A stretch of 64,000 nt of DNA from the NCBI GenBank assembly GCA_046758745.1, contig JBHIAV010000004.1, forward strand, positions 32,001 through 96,000, read 5' to 3'. Numbering within the stretch: the stretch's first letter is position 1; each line of letters begins with the position of its first letter. This DNA is from Gemmatimonadota bacterium. Its GTDB lineage: Bacteria > Gemmatimonadota > Gemmatimonadetes > Palauibacterales > Palauibacteraceae. This document shows positions 20,185 to 29,407 of this stretch, piece after piece. Both the position numbers and the translations under genes were made by a program. The notes below the pieces were generated by a model. The model made no database searches and was not told the DNA's origin. It saw nothing but the letters and a program-made list of their open reading frames with translations.

Positions 20185-20411
20185 CTACCCGTCGTTTCCG
20201 CCAAAGGCAATGTCCAACGAAGCCTGCTCCGCCTGCGGCGGAGACGCGGCCGGCCACCGTGACCGACTCCCAAGTCGTTCGGCGATCCATCGCGCCCAAG
20301 ACAATGCCGAGCCACGCATGCTCTGCCTGCGGCAAGGATGCTCGTGCTCGAGGGCTAGCTCGCTCATCCGCTTACCGATCGATCTCGCCAAGAACAATGT
20401 CCAACGAAGCA
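20185..20411. repeat. Three degenerate copies of the nuoD 3' end, 93-94 bp period
   Basis: Copies start at 20185, 20279 and 20372; CAATG core at 20208, 20302 and 20395; CAATGTCCAACGAAGC identical in copies 1 and 3. Confidence 0.8.
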
Positions 20412-22240
20412 TTGACGGCGATCACATCGGCCACCAGCCCGCCTTCCACCAGATACGGCAGGACGGCCAAGTTCACGAACGAAGGCCCGCGGAAGCGGCA
20501 CCGCACCGGTTTCGATCCCCCATCGGAGACGATCCCGAACCCGAGCTCGCCCTTCGACGCCTCGACCGAGTACCACACTTCGCCCGGCGGAACGTGCAGC
20601 CCTTCCATCACGAGCTTGAAGTGCGAGATCATGGCGTCGATGGACGACATCGCCGCGCTCTTCGGGGGCAGGATCACCGAAGGATCGTCGATGTTGATCG
20701 GACCGTCCGGAAGCCGGTCGAGCGCCTGTTGGATGATGCGCACGCTCTGTCGCATCTCCTCCAAGCGCACGAGATACCGGTCGTAGCTATCGCCGTGCTC
20801 ACCCACCGGAACGTCAAAGTCGTACTCCTCGTAACCGAGATACGGGCGCGCCTTTCGTACGTCGTATGCCACCCCGCTCGCCCGCAGGTTCGGGCCGGTG
20901 AGCCCGAAGCTTACCGCGGTGGGTCCGTCGATCACCCCGACGTCCACCGTGCGAGAGATCCAGATCGAGTTGTTGGTGAGCAGGCGCTCGACCTCGTCCA
21001 GGGTGGCAGGAAGGTTGTCCGCGAACTCCCGGGCTCCGTCGACCCACCCGGGCGGGAGGTCGGCGATCATCCCCCCGATTCGGGTTACGGAAGTGGTGAG
21101 GCGCGCCCCACAGTAGGCCTCGTGCAGGTTGTAGATGCGTTCGCGCTCCTGGAAGGTGTACAGGAACACGGTGAACGCCCCCAGGTCGATGCCGGTGGTC
21201 CCCAGCCAGAGCAGATGGCCATGGATCCGGTTCAGCTCGTTGAGGATCACCCGCAGCACGCGGCAGCGGGGCGTGATCTCGACGCCGAGCAGGCTCTCGA
21301 CCGCGAGTGCGTAGCCGATGTTGTATATCATCGGCGCGAGGTAGTCCATCCGATCCGTGTACGGCACGACCTGGTTCCACTCCCGGTACTCGCACGTCTT
21401 CTCGAACCCGGTGTGCAGGTATCCGATGTGAGGAATGCAGCGAACGACGGTCTCCCCATCCAGCTCGAGCACGAGACGCAGAACCCCGTGAGTGGCCGGG
21501 TGCTGCGGACCGAGGTTGATCAGCATCGTCTCGCCGCTCACGCCACCCTCATCCGCGAGAACGTCCTGTGGCATCCGGTCCGGGACGTCGCGCGGCCCCG
21601 ACTCGCCCGCAAGCCGGCCCGTCATTGCCAGCTCCTCGCGCGTGTAGATGTCCCCAACTTCCCCACTCATCGCCCGGCGCGTCTGCTCGGAGCGGCTGAA
21701 CCGGCCGCGCAGGGGAAAGTCCTTTCGGAGCGGGAAGCCTTCCTCGTAGTTCTCCGGCATGAGGATGCGGCGCAGGTCGGGATGTCCCCGGAAGGTGACG
21801 CCGAACAGGTCGTACACCTCCCTCTCGAGCCAGTCGGCCGTCCGCCACAGCGGGACCGCCGTGTCGATGGAGAGCGAGGTGAGCGGAAGCTCGCACACGA
21901 CGCGGAGCTGTCGGCCGTGTTCCATCGACCACAGCTGATACCACAGCTGAATCGGCCGGCCCCCTCCCGGATCGAATCCCATCACGTCCACGAGGAGATC
22001 GTACGCCTGCGAAGGCTCTTCCTTGAGGAAGCGCAGAATGTCGATGTTGTAGACAGGATCGACGCGGACGACGGTGACTCCGATCGCATCCGCCATCGCG
22101 GGACCGGTCGCGGCGCCGAACCGTTGGCGGAGCGCACGAACGGAAGGATGTTCCTCGGGTGGCGGACGGCCCTCCCTCCCGCGTACGGATTCGCCGAGAA
22201 CGAGGCCGGGGGGAGCTTCCGGCGTCGAGGTCACGGGCAT
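20372..22240 (-). CDS. nuoCD: Fused NADH-quinone oxidoreductase subunit C/D
   Basis: NuoC motifs (EREVYDLFG, GHPDLRRIL, PLRKDFP) in frame with NuoD motifs (NLGPQHPATHGVLRL, DIVLGEIDR). Confidence 0.96.
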   Translation of the reverse strand: MPVTSTPEAPPGLVLGESVRGREGRPPPEEHPSVRALRQRFGAATGPAMADAIGVTVVRVDPVYNIDILRFLKEEPSQAYDLLVDVMGFDPGGGRPIQLWYQLWSMEHGRQLRVVCELPLTSLSIDTAVPLWRTADWLEREVYDLFGVTFRGHPDLRRILMPENYEEGFPLRKDFPLRGRFSRSEQTRRAMSGEVGDIYTREELAMTGRLAGESGPRDVPDRMPQDVLADEGGVSGETMLINLGPQHPATHGVLRLVLELDGETVVRCIPHIGYLHTGFEKTCEYREWNQVVPYTDRMDYLAPMIYNIGYALAVESLLGVEITPRCRVLRVILNELNRIHGHLLWLGTTGIDLGAFTVFLYTFQERERIYNLHEAYCGARLTTSVTRIGGMIADLPPGWVDGAREFADNLPATLDEVERLLTNNSIWISRTVDVGVIDGPTAVSFGLTGPNLRASGVAYDVRKARPYLGYEEYDFDVPVGEHGDSYDRYLVRLEEMRQSVRIIQQALDRLPDGPINIDDPSVILPPKSAAMSSIDAMISHFKLVMEGLHVPPGEVWYSVEASKGELGFGIVSDGGSKPVRCRFRGPSFVNLAVLPYLVEGGLVADVIAVNASLDIVLGEIDR

Positions 22241-22247
22241 CCGGGAG

Positions 22248-22952
22248 TCAGTTTTGATGCTCGAGCAGGCGTTCGCGCCGGTCTCGCGGTCGGCGGACGG
22301 CCGCCGTCGGCTCGATGCCGCTCACGCGGTTCTGTCCCGTCGAGTTCCCGAATGGCTGGGCGACCAGCTCGATCGCCTCCGGTGGAAGGTTGGGGCGGCC
22401 GGTGGCTTCGGGGCTCTCCTCGCGCAGCGAGCTGTTCCGGAGCGACTCGCCCTTGATCTTCTCCTGGATCATGAGGAGCCCGTAGATCAAGCCCTCCGGG
22501 CGGGGCGGGCAGCCCGGAACATACACATCGACGGGGATGATCGTGTCGATCCCCTGCACGATGGTGTAGTTGTCGAACATCCCGCCCGAGCTGGCGCACG
22601 CCCCCATCGATACGCACCACTTGGGCTGCGGCATCTGGTCCCAGATCTTCCGCAGTACGGGAGCGAGCTTGTAGCTCACTCTGCCCGCCACAATCATGAC
22701 ATCCGCCTGCCGCGGGCTGAACGACATCCGCTCCATGCCGAAGCGCGCCAGATCATACTTCGACGCGGCGGACGCCATCATCTCAATCGCGCAGCAGGCC
22801 GTGCCGAAGGGCATGGGCCATAGCGAGTTCCGGCGCGCCCAGTTGATCACGTAGTCGAGCCGGGTGGTCAGCCATCCGGCCGGAACGCCGGTGTCCAGCT
22901 CGCGCATTCCGTCGCCGTTCACGGCAGGGAGCTTCTTTCTTGCGGAGGTCAT
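22248..22952 (-). CDS. nuoB: NADH-quinone oxidoreductase subunit B
   Basis: [34 protein letters not shown]. Confidence 0.97.
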   Translation of the reverse strand: MTSARKKLPAVNGDGMRELDTGVPAGWLTTRLDYVINWARRNSLWPMPFGTACCAIEMMASAASKYDLARFGMERMSFSPRQADVMIVAGRVSYKLAPVLRKIWDQMPQPKWCVSMGACASSGGMFDNYTIVQGIDTIIPVDVYVPGCPPRPEGLIYGLLMIQEKIKGESLRNSSLREESPEATGRPNLPPEAIELVAQPFGNSTGQNRVSGIEPTAAVRRPRDRRERLLEHQN

Positions 22953-22953
22953 T

Positions 22954-23322
22954 TCAATCCCACTCCAGAGCGCCCTTCTTCCACGCGTAGGCCAGCCCGG
23001 CTCCCAGCACGATCACGAAGACCGTCATCTCGACGAAACCGAACAGCCCCAGCTCCCGATAGATGGCCGCCCACGGAATGAAGAAGATCGTCTCGATATC
23101 GAAGACGATGAACAGCATCGCCACGATGTAGAACTTGACGGAGAACCGTTCCCGCGTGTCGCCGAGCGGCGGGATGCCGGACTCGTACGCGCTTCGCTTG
23201 GCCGGCGTGGGGCGATACACGCTTGCCAAGCGCGAAAGAACGATGAGAAGCGCTGCGTTGAGAACCGCCGCTATGGTGAGGAAGAGGATCCCCAGATACC
23301 CCTGCTTCATCCGTATCCGCAT
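22954..23322 (-). CDS. nuoA: NADH-quinone oxidoreductase subunit A (alternative start 23310)
   Basis: [29 protein letters not shown]. Confidence 0.96.
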   Translation of the reverse strand: MRIRMKQGYLGILFLTIAAVLNAALLIVLSRLASVYRPTPAKRSAYESGIPPLGDTRERFSVKFYIVAMLFIVFDIETIFFIPWAAIYRELGLFGFVEMTVFVIVLGAGLAYAWKKGALEWD

Positions 23323-23325
23323 AAC

Positions 23326-23343
23326 TTGTGAAAAACTTCACTT
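23326..23343. promoter_or_regulatory. Rex-type (or CRP/FNR-type) operator upstream of nuoA
   Basis: TTGTGAA-AAAC-TTCACTT matches 12 of 14 positions of the Rex consensus TTGTGAA-N4-TTCACAA; lies just downstream of the predicted promoter. Confidence 0.65.
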
Positions 23344-23352
23344 GGCGCGCCG

Positions 23353-23382
23353 AACATAGCGGAGGCTTCGTGACCCCGTCAA
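23353..23382 (-). promoter_or_regulatory. Sigma70-type promoter for the nuo operon
   Basis: TTGACG-N18-TATGTT on the minus strand. Confidence 0.6.
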
Positions 23383-23642
23383 GAAAATTCCGCCAGAACG
23401 GGGGCGTGCGCATGGCCGCACCCGGTCCCTCCCGCAGAACGGCCGCGCCCGCCGATCCCGGAGTCACGAGCCGAGCCGGTTGATCCTCCGGAACGGACCG
23501 GGCATATTCGGGCGGCCTCGTCCCGGCAGTACGAACCCGCGCCTGCGGCACCCGGAACGCTGTCGCGGCGCACGAGACGCTCCACCGCCCGGCCGCCTGC
23601 CCGCGCCGGAGGAACCGAATCGATTCGGGGGTAACCCGCTGC

Positions 23643-24197
23643 ATGGCCATCAAGAACGACACGTGGATCCGGCGCATGGCTCTGGAGCACCGGATGATCG
23701 AACCTTTCCAGGAGAATCAGGTCGGTGAGGGAGTCATCTCCTACGGCCTCAGCAGCTACGGCTACGACATGCGCGTCGCGGACGAGTTCCGCATCTTTCA
23801 TAATGCGCTCTCTCCCGTAGTGGATCCGAAGGCGTTCGACCAGCGCTCTTTCGTGGAGTACAGGGGGGACGTGTGCATCATCCCGCCGAATTCGTTCGGC
23901 CTCGCACGTTCGGTCGAGTACTTCCGGATCCCGCGCAACGTTCTCACCATCTGCGTCGGAAAGTCGACCTATGCCCGCTGCGGAATCATCACCAACGTCA
24001 CTCCCTTCGAGCCGGAGTGGGAAGGGTATGTGACCCTGGAGATCAGCAACACGACTCCCCTTCCCGCCCGGATCTACGCCAACGAGGGAATCGCCCAGGT
24101 GATCTTCTTCGAATCGGACGCGCCGTGCGAGATTAGCTACCGTGACCGGAAGGGAAAGTACCAGGGTCAGACGGGGGTGACGCCCCCGCGCCTCTGA
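23643..24197 (+). CDS. dcd: dCTP deaminase
   Basis: [42 protein letters not shown]. Confidence 0.96.
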   Translation: MAIKNDTWIRRMALEHRMIEPFQENQVGEGVISYGLSSYGYDMRVADEFRIFHNALSPVVDPKAFDQRSFVEYRGDVCIIPPNSFGLARSVEYFRIPRNVLTICVGKSTYARCGIITNVTPFEPEWEGYVTLEISNTTPLPARIYANEGIAQVIFFESDAPCEISYRDRKGKYQGQTGVTPPRL

Positions 24198-24269
24198 TTG
24201 TCCGCCGGAGAGCGATCATTCCGAGACGGGAGTTGGAAGAGGCCGGGCGGCAAAGCGGGCAAGCCGGTC

Positions 24270-24644
24270 CTATCCGGCTTTCCGGAGCGCGCCGGCCGCG
24301 ACAAGAAGCCACCCGGCCAGGAACGCGGCGCCGCCCACGGGCGTGATCGCCCCGGGCCAGCGGGACCCGCCGATCGCCAATGTGTAGAGACTGCCCGAGA
24401 AGAGTAGCGTTCCGGAAAGGAAGGACCAGCCGGCCGCCCTCCACGGCCAAGCGGGGCGTCGTCCGGCGGCGAGCGCCACGAACAGCAACGCGAGCGCGTG
24501 CACGAGCTGATAGCGCACTCCGGTCTCGAACGTGACCAGGCGATCCACAGGCAGCCGCGCGCGCAGCAGGTGGGCCCCGAACGCTCCGCCGGCGACGCCG
24601 GTGAAGGCGAGCGCGGCGCCGAAGGCGGCGAAGAGCCTGTGCAT
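24270..24644 (-). CDS. DUF423 (YgdD/TMEM256) membrane protein
   Basis: GAFGAH, FETGVRYQLVH, LFSGSLY, ITPVGG. Confidence 0.9.
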   Translation of the reverse strand: MHRLFAAFGAALAFTGVAGGAFGAHLLRARLPVDRLVTFETGVRYQLVHALALLFVALAAGRRPAWPWRAAGWSFLSGTLLFSGSLYTLAIGGSRWPGAITPVGGAAFLAGWLLVAAGALRKAG

Positions 24645-24787
24645 GGGCGGCAACCTAGCGGCGCCGCCCGCGCACCGCGAGTGTAGTGAGGCGACCGGGG
24701 GGCACCACCAGAATCGGAGGGATGATGGGGCGGCGCGCGAGCGGGTTTGAGAACCGACGCAGTCGAGAAAGGGGGCGGAGAGGCGCG

Positions 24788-26134
24788 ATGGCTGAAGGAG
24801 GGACCGGGGACCGCGGGTCCGGGGGTCGAGTTGTGGTAGCGATCCTCGCGGGCGAGGAGGAGCTGGACGCTGCCGCGCGAGGAGGGTTGGAGGAACTGGA
24901 TCAGGAGATTCGAGTGTACGAGGATCCGGGGGAGGCGCTGGAGGCAATCCGGGAGGCTGGACCCGATCTCGTGATCGTCGACGCGGCCGTACCGGGAGCC
25001 GACCCCGCGGCGTTCCGTGAGGCGCTGAGCGAGCGGGCCGTCAGCCCGGAGGACCAGCTCCTGGTTGTCCTCGCGCCCGGCCGGACGGGGCCGCCCCCCG
25101 TCCCGACCGGCATCCGGCACTACCTTTCGCGTCCCTTCCCGCCGGATGCCCTGCGCGCGTACGCCGCTTCCCTCCTCGGTGCATCGACCGCAGGGGTGGA
25201 ACGGGCCGCAAGGGGCTCCGGTGTGAGGCCCCGTCTGCCCTCTAATGCAGCGGTGCAGCGTCTGTACGGCGAGGCCGGACGTTGGGTCGGGGCGATGCTC
25301 GACCGAGCGCGGGCCGGGGAGGAGCTCGAGATCTCCCGCTGCCGGCCTATCGCCGAGGAGATCCTGACCGACCTGCTGCGCAGCAATGCGCTCGTGCTCA
25401 AGTCGCTCGAGCCCCATGGGTCATACGACCTTCCAAGCCACTGTGTGAACGTGGCGATCATGGCGGGAAAGATCGCCAACGGCCTCGCGTACGATCTAGA
25501 GCGCACCCTGGAGGTCGTGCAGGCCGGACTGCTCCACGACATCGGGATGGCCAAGATCCCGGGGCAGCTCCTCGTCAAGAAGGGTCCCCTTACCGAGGTC
25601 GAGCTGGCAAAGATACGGCGTCACCCCGAATACGGGGCCGAGATGATCGCCGCGCTCGGGCCACGCTATGAGTGGATGGCGCGAGCGGTGAGACAGGAGC
25701 ACGAGCGGCTGAACGGCCAGGGCTACCCGCAGGGTCTCTCGGGGGACGAGATCGACCCGATCGCGCGGATCCTCGCCGTGGCGGATGTGTTCGAGGCGCT
25801 CTCGCACCCCCGGGCCTATCGCTCACCGTTCACTGCGTTCGACGCCCTCCAGAAGGTGGTGGGGATGCAGCGGGAATACTTCGCGCGGGACGTGGTCTCG
25901 GCGTTGGTGAACGAGATCTCCTCCTTCCCGCTGGACAGCTTCGTGCAGCTGAACACAGGCGAGATCGGCCGGGTCGTAGCCACGAATCCAGACAACCTGC
26001 TGCGGCCGAAGGTTCTTATCCTGTGGGATGCGGCCTGGAAGCCTTTGCCCGAGCCGCGCGGGCTCGACCTGGCGCTCGACCCGGGGATCTCGATCACCCG
26101 CACGCTGCACGAGGCCGAGCTGCCGATCACCTGA
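24788..26134 (+). CDS. HD-GYP cyclic-dinucleotide phosphodiesterase with N-terminal receiver-like domain
   Basis: LLHDIG, EHERLNGQGYPQGL, ADVFEALSHPRAYR; N-terminal PDLVIVD..YLSRPF. Confidence 0.88.
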   Translation: MAEGGTGDRGSGGRVVVAILAGEEELDAAARGGLEELDQEIRVYEDPGEALEAIREAGPDLVIVDAAVPGADPAAFREALSERAVSPEDQLLVVLAPGRTGPPPVPTGIRHYLSRPFPPDALRAYAASLLGASTAGVERAARGSGVRPRLPSNAAVQRLYGEAGRWVGAMLDRARAGEELEISRCRPIAEEILTDLLRSNALVLKSLEPHGSYDLPSHCVNVAIMAGKIANGLAYDLERTLEVVQAGLLHDIGMAKIPGQLLVKKGPLTEVELAKIRRHPEYGAEMIAALGPRYEWMARAVRQEHERLNGQGYPQGLSGDEIDPIARILAVADVFEALSHPRAYRSPFTAFDALQKVVGMQREYFARDVVSALVNEISSFPLDSFVQLNTGEIGRVVATNPDNLLRPKVLILWDAAWKPLPEPRGLDLALDPGISITRTLHEAELPIT

Positions 26135-26244
26135 AGGGAGCGCAACGGGAGGCCGGTTTTCCGCTCGCGCCGCTCACGAACCGCGGGAGCGACAGGCGCC
26201 GCTCCCACCGGTCATGCCCCTCAGGTTCTCGACTGGATCGTGGT

Positions 26245-27276
26245 CTATCCGCTCACGAGCACGGCGGCGGTCACGGCCGACTGCCACAGAAGCCCCACTC
26301 CACGCCACTGTCCGCTCTCGAGCTTGGCTATGCCGGCCTCCCGCAGTCGGATCGCCAGAGCGAGGATCGCCTCCTGCGCCGGGGTCGGATCCTCACCGAT
26401 CGCCGCCCGTGCCTCCTCGATCAGCCGGGTGGCCACCTCGAGCAGGAGGCGGGCATCCTCCTGCGTCGGACGCTCGGCGCCGAGGACGGCGATGAGCGCA
26501 TACTCCTGCCCCCGCCAGCTCAGCAGCGCAGCCCGGCGAAGAGCGCCGAACTCGAGAACCGCCTGCGCGCGTCGCACCAGCTCGACGGCGTGGGCCTGGA
26601 TCCGCTCCTGGACCGGCGTCGGATCATCTCCGATGAGGCGTGCCGAGAGCTCGACTGCCCGGATCCCGCGCGCGATCTGCAGCCTCGCGTACGCGAGGGT
26701 GATGTGGCGCAGCGTGTCGTGCCTCAACCGGAAGTGGTCGGTCACCTGCAGGGCCAGGATCAGACGCTCCACGGCGTGGACCGGCTGGCCCTCGGCCTCG
26801 AAGGCCCGCGCCTGCTCGAGAAGCTCGGTCAGCACCTGCTCGAGCTGGTCGATCCGATCGAACTCGGCGGAGGCCTCGGCCAGACGGTCGCGGATCGTCT
26901 CCACGCGCGCGAACAGCTCATCGACCACCTCCTCCCCTCGCGTCTCCAGCAGATGCCGCGCGAGCTCGAGACGGGCCTCCCTCGCGCGCCGGCGCGCCGT
27001 TTCGGGATCGCCGTCCAGCGACGCGAGGCGGGCTTCATCGAACAGCCCCTCGGCCTCCGCCAGCGGTCCGGTGATGGCGTCGGGCGACGCGCCGAGCGAC
27101 AGGGCTATGTCCTCGAGCGCCACCGCCGCGAGCAGGGAGTCGCCGGCCACTTGTGCCTCGACATCGCCGCCGATGCCTGGCGCGGATGGGTCCGGTTCGG
27201 TCGGTGAGTCCCCACATGCAGCGAGACCGCCGGCCAGCAGCAAAGCGAGCACTGCGCTCTTCCTCGGAGTACCCAT
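26245..27276 (-). CDS. Hypothetical alpha-helical lipoprotein
   Basis: GGAGG RBS, lipobox GLAAC, Ala/Leu/Glu/Arg-rich helices, internal repeat. Confidence 0.78.
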   Translation of the reverse strand: MGTPRKSAVLALLLAGGLAACGDSPTEPDPSAPGIGGDVEAQVAGDSLLAAVALEDIALSLGASPDAITGPLAEAEGLFDEARLASLDGDPETARRRAREARLELARHLLETRGEEVVDELFARVETIRDRLAEASAEFDRIDQLEQVLTELLEQARAFEAEGQPVHAVERLILALQVTDHFRLRHDTLRHITLAYARLQIARGIRAVELSARLIGDDPTPVQERIQAHAVELVRRAQAVLEFGALRRAALLSWRGQEYALIAVLGAERPTQEDARLLLEVATRLIEEARAAIGEDPTPAQEAILALAIRLREAGIAKLESGQWRGVGLLWQSAVTAAVLVSG

Positions 27277-27385
27277 GCTCCCTCCCATACTCATGGCCGG
27301 AGCCTCGGCCCGGCCGGATGGTCTCTCTCGCTCTGATCGTAAGACGATGCGAGCGGGCGTTTCGTTAACCGGCCGCGCCAGCCGC

Positions 27386-27916
27386 TCAGCGCGCTCGCAG
27401 GCCCGTGACGAGGTAGGAGCGATCGCGCGCATCGAACTCGACCAACCGCACCGTCCGGCCGAACGGAAGCACCTCACCGGAAGAGTGGCAGCGGACGACG
27501 TGCATCACGCCGTCATCGTCCTGCCACTGGACGCGACCCGAGCCAGGCTCGGATGCGACCTGGCGGCTGACCACGATCGCCTCAAGTCCTTCGTGCCCCG
27601 GCTCCGTGAGCCGTACATCCCGGATCGGCGGAAAATGACGGTCGCGGAAGCGCACGGCCGCTCGCCCTGTGAGGAGGCCGACGGCGATCGACACCGCCAG
27701 AACCAGGGGAAAGCGCGGCGCGGGGGACCCGAGCGCCAGGTCATGGATCGCACCATTCCACGTGAGACCCGTAATGGCCGCGGCGATCAGGCCGGCCGTC
27801 GCGCCGAGCGAATCCCCTCCGAGCCGCCGCGCCACCGGCACCGAAGCGGCCGCGACGACGGCGGCCAGCACGAAGGGGAGGTTGTACGGCTCGGCGAGGA
27901 ACGCCAGGTAGCTCAA
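27386..27916 (-). CDS. Membrane protein with C-terminal OB-like domain (YqiJ/NfeD-like)
   Basis: N-terminal FLAEPYNLPF, three hydrophobic segments, beta-rich tail (GRVQWQDDDGVMHVVRC..VRLVEFD). Confidence 0.6.
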   Translation of the reverse strand: MSYLAFLAEPYNLPFVLAAVVAAASVPVARRLGGDSLGATAGLIAAAITGLTWNGAIHDLALGSPAPRFPLVLAVSIAVGLLTGRAAVRFRDRHFPPIRDVRLTEPGHEGLEAIVVSRQVASEPGSGRVQWQDDDGVMHVVRCHSSGEVLPFGRTVRLVEFDARDRSYLVTGLRAR

Positions 27917-28021
27917 GGCACCGGACCCTCGGTCAGGGGAGCGGGGTGTCGGTGCCGGCTGTGCCTGCTCGCTCCGGGTCGCTCGCCGAGGCGCCGCCCG
28001 GGTCCGGACGTATCGGGCGAC

Positions 28022-28951
28022 TCAGGCGAACTGCACGATCTCCATCGTCTCATGCACCGCGGCTGCCGACGCGCGAAGGGCCCGCCGCTCCTCGTCGTCG
28101 AGCTCTACCTGGTAAATCTCCTCGATGCCCGAGCTGCCGAGCTTGCACGGGACGCCCAGGAAGAGCCCCTCGAGCCCGTACTCTCCCTCGAGCCAGCAGG
28201 CACACGGGAGGACCCGCCGCTTGTCACGCACGATCGACTCGCACATCTGCGTCACGGCGGCCGAGGGGGCGTAGTACGCGCTCCCCTCCTTGAGAAGGCC
28301 GACGATCTCGCCGCCGCCCTTGCGCGTACGCTCGACAAGCGCCCGGATGCGATCCTCCGGGAGGAGCTGCCGAAGCGGGATGCCTCCGACGGAGACCGTG
28401 CTCACCAGGGGCACCATGCTGTCGCCGTGCCCTCCGAGCACCAGGGCCTGGACGTCCTCGACGCTCACGTCGAGCTCCATGGCAATGAAGCTCCGGAAGC
28501 GGGCCGTGTCGAGAACGCCGGCCATGCCGACGACCCGCTCTCTGGGAAAGCCGGTCACTTCCTTGGCCACATACGCCATCACGTCGAGCGGGTTGGTGAC
28601 CATGACGATGATCGAGTCGGGGCTCTGCTCGCGGATCTGCTCGGCGATACCGCTGACGATGCCGGCGTTCTTCTGCACCAGATCGTCGCGGCTCATGCCC
28701 GGCTTTCGGGCCAGCCCGGCGGTCACGACGTAGATCTCCGAGCCGGCCGTCTCCTCGTACCTCTGAGCGCCGCGGATCATCGTATCGAATCCCTCCACCG
28801 GGGCCGATTCCCACTGATCGAGCGCCTTCCCCTGAGGCATTCCCTCGACGATGTCGATCAGGACGACCTCGCGCGCCAGCTCGCGCTCGGCGATCCGCTG
28901 CGCCGTAGTGGCCCCTACGTGCCCGGCACCGACGACCGTGATCTTGTCCAC
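28022..28951 (-). CDS. mdh: Malate dehydrogenase (LDH-like)
   Basis: VVGAGHVG, ARKPGMSRDDL, VTNPLD, LDTARF, GGHGD, SAYYAP. Confidence 0.96.
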   Translation of the reverse strand: MDKITVVGAGHVGATTAQRIAERELAREVVLIDIVEGMPQGKALDQWESAPVEGFDTMIRGAQRYEETAGSEIYVVTAGLARKPGMSRDDLVQKNAGIVSGIAEQIREQSPDSIIVMVTNPLDVMAYVAKEVTGFPRERVVGMAGVLDTARFRSFIAMELDVSVEDVQALVLGGHGDSMVPLVSTVSVGGIPLRQLLPEDRIRALVERTRKGGGEIVGLLKEGSAYYAPSAAVTQMCESIVRDKRRVLPCACWLEGEYGLEGLFLGVPCKLGSSGIEEIYQVELDDEERRALRASAAAVHETMEIVQFA

Positions 28952-29122
28952 GTCTCTTACCGCCCCCTCAAGCTGATTGTCCGGCCGGCCTCCGGCCGCC
29001 ACCGACCCCTAGCGCCTCTTCCGCGCGGCGTGCATCCCCGAGGGTGAGGGCCGACCGAGCGAAGGACTCGCGCCGCGGGAGCGGCGCGAGAGCCGGCAGG
29101 CCAGAGGTGTCCTCCCGGGTCG

Positions 29123-29362
29123 TCAGCCCCGACGTGCGGCGAGGGCGTCGGCGCGCCGTGCCGCCTCGCCCGCGATCGCCTCCAGCGCGCGGTCCCACCG
29201 CTCGGGGCTCATGCGCTCGACCGCCGCCTCCACGATGTCCAGGAGATCGAGAAGCTCGGCTCGGGTGACGGGGCCGTCCGAATCCTCTTCCTGCAGGGCG
29301 CTTCGAAGGGCGGCGATCCGTTCCCGGAGCTCCTGATATCGCTGTCGCTCTTCGTAGGTCAT
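29123..29362 (-). CDS. Small hypothetical helical protein (79 aa)
   Basis: GAAGG upstream of ATG, amphipathic composition, fills the moaA-mdh gap on the same strand. Confidence 0.6.
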   Translation of the reverse strand: MTYEERQRYQELRERIAALRSALQEEDSDGPVTRAELLDLLDIVEAAVERMSPERWDRALEAIAGEAARRADALAARRG

Positions 29363-29407
29363 ATGCTTACCTTCGCAACCCACCTGCTATCCGCCGCTCC
29401 GCACCCA

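Noticed and set aside
20185..20411. The nuoD-end repeat as a CRISPR array
   Set aside because: Only three degenerate copies, one of which is coding sequence; no cas genes or leader.
20372..22240. NuoC-NuoD fusion as a novelty
   Set aside because: Well known, for example in E. coli.
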